A stretch of 64,000 bases of DNA from Felis catus (lineage: Eukaryota): the NCBI RefSeq assembly GCF_018350175.1, contig NC_058368.1, forward strand, positions 196,914,001 through 196,978,000. The letters run 5' to 3'. The notes beneath the pieces were generated by a model. The model did no database searches. It had not been told where the DNA came from and saw only the letters and a list, made by a program, of their open reading frames with translations. A program made the position numbers and the translations under genes. Positions 62,346 through 64,000 of the stretch are shown piece after piece (the stretch's first letter is position 1; the number at the start of each line of letters is the position of its first letter).

Positions 62346-63313
62346 CAACGTGCTTTCAAAAGGTCAGTGTTGCAGGTCTACCTAAATCTGACCATTTTAA
62401 TTCTTCTTCCTCCGTGCTGACCCTTCGAAAAGACTGAAGCGGAAGGGCTTTCTTACACTTCCCTAGTGCCTAAGAACCTGCCATCCCTTCTGCTTCCTAA
62501 AAACCCATGGAAGCTGACTTGAACACGTATTTGAATCTGCTTACTAGCTGGCTCTAGAGCCCACGCTTGAGGTGGCTAGTTACGCTGGTTATGCTGTGTA
62601 CCCCGGGATTTGAGATCCATGCGTTACAACGGCCACCCAAGTATCAGAGTTGACTCACCATGTCTCCCAATGAATCTACTATTTTGCTGCCCCAAACCTG
62701 CTTTTCCTCCTATAGTTGATTCTCTCTTGGGGAATGGAAGGCAACTGTAAGCAGAACACCTGAGAGCCTCCTTGGCTCTCTTATCAAGCCCAATTACTCA
62801 CTGTCCTCACTGGTTTTGCCTACACTGGGCCTTTGTCACCTCTTATCCGAACTCCTGCCTTACACTCTGCTCTAGTCTCCTTGCCTTGGGTCTAACCTCT
62901 CCAATCCATTCCATTCTCCACATCATTCTTCCTGAATGTGCCACACCCTTTTCCCCCTCCTTTCAAGACGCTGACCGAGCTCCAGGATCTGTCTCCTGCT
63001 TACCAACCTAACCCAGCTAATCTCTTGACTTCGATCCCGGCCCCAATCTCCTTCCCAACCCTCTACCCTCCAGATATGAACGCATTTCCCAGGACACATT
63101 ATCCCATCGTGTTTCCATGTACTTTCCCTGTGCTTACAGATGACTCCCACTTTCCCCTCCAGTCTGCCCGCTAATTCAATTCGAGTATTTCTAGAAAGTC
63201 TCACCAATTCCAGCAGAAAGGTTGACCATTCCCTCCTCGGTGCCCTCACTGCAGCACTTTCCTAACTGTGTTTGCTGTTGTATTTCTGCAATTATTCAGA
63301 CACACATTTCCCC

Positions 63314-63335
63314 TTTCTTTTTCTTTCTTTCTTTT

Positions 63336-63375
<40 letters not shown>

Positions 63376-63830
63376 TCCTTCTTTCTTTCCCTCCCTTCCT
63401 TCCTTCCTTCCTTCCTTCCTTCCTTCCTTCCTTCCTTCCTTCTTTCCTTCCTTCCTCTTTCTGCCTATGTGTATTTATTTTGGGGAGAGAGGCAGAGAGA
63501 GGAGACACAGAATCCCAAGCAGACTTCCTGCTGTCAGCACAGAGCCCAATGTGGAGCTCAAACTCACAAACTGAGATCATGACCTGAGCTGAAACCAAAA
63601 GTCTGAGCCACCCAGGTGCCCCACTTTCTTTTTATTTTCTTTTTCTTTTTCTTTTCTTTTCTTTTCTTTTCTTTTCTTTTCTTTTCTCTTTTCTTTTCTC
63701 TTTTCTTCTTTTCTTTCCTTTTCTTTCTTTTTTTTCTTTTTCTTTTCTTTTCTCTTCTCTTCTTTTCTTTTCTTTCTTTTTTTTTTAAGTAATCTGTATG
63801 CCCAGCCTGGGGCTTAAACTCACAGCCCCC
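63314..63830 (-). repeat. (TTTC)n(CCTT)n and (CTTTT)n microsatellites expanded from the tails of two minus-strand Can-SINEs
   Basis: Repeats at 63314-63460 and 63625-63786; SINE bodies at 63470-63622 and 63787-63830. Confidence 0.9.
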
Positions 63831-64000
63831 TGTAGGTAAGTTTCTTGTGAAAAGTGGAGTGTGGATGGTCACCTTGCCTGTCACTGCTGATTTAGACTTT
63901 AATCTTCATACTCTTTTGCTCCTATGTCTGCTCAAAGACGTTTGAAAAGTGGTGCACCACCTTCAGGTATATATTAATGTATAATTTTAAGCGCACATCA

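Noticed and set aside
437..63884. Many 60-120 aa ORFs with motifs such as SAQVMIS, SLSLSL or FLPSFLPS
   Set aside because: Translations of Can-SINEs and microsatellites.

Overview
Mammalian genomic DNA, carnivore and most likely felid (many tRNA-derived Can-SINEs of SINEC_Fc type). It contains one complete protein-coding gene on the + strand, CSNK1A1 (casein kinase I alpha). The CpG-island promoter is at about 4.1-5.4 kb, the ATG at 5032 and the stop TAA at 49659-49661. Eleven coding exons were traced by hand. The core exons with the 36-nt S extension total 1014 nt (337 aa); adding the 84-nt L exon gives 365 aa, and omitting S gives 325 or 353 aa. A repeat-poor 3' UTR runs to at least ~52.4 kb. 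The rest is intron or intergenic DNA with SINEs, L1/L2 fragments, an MLT2 LTR, DNA-transposon relics and microsatellites. There is no CRISPR, rRNA, tRNA gene or prokaryote-type system, and nearly all ORFs in the supplied track are spurious. The best candidate for something undescribed is a splicing-control module in SINE-free intron regions. It has four parts: (1) three nested RNA duplexes, one bridging ~1.5 kb, just upstream of the NLS-bearing L exon; (2) a 10-nt poison-microexon candidate 450 nt downstream of that exon; (3) a 106-nt cassette-exon candidate that would give CK1-alpha a hydrophobic Cys-Cys-containing C-tail; (4) an intronic polyadenylation option and two GC donors controlling the C-terminus. 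These are sequence-based hypotheses that need alignment and RNA data.
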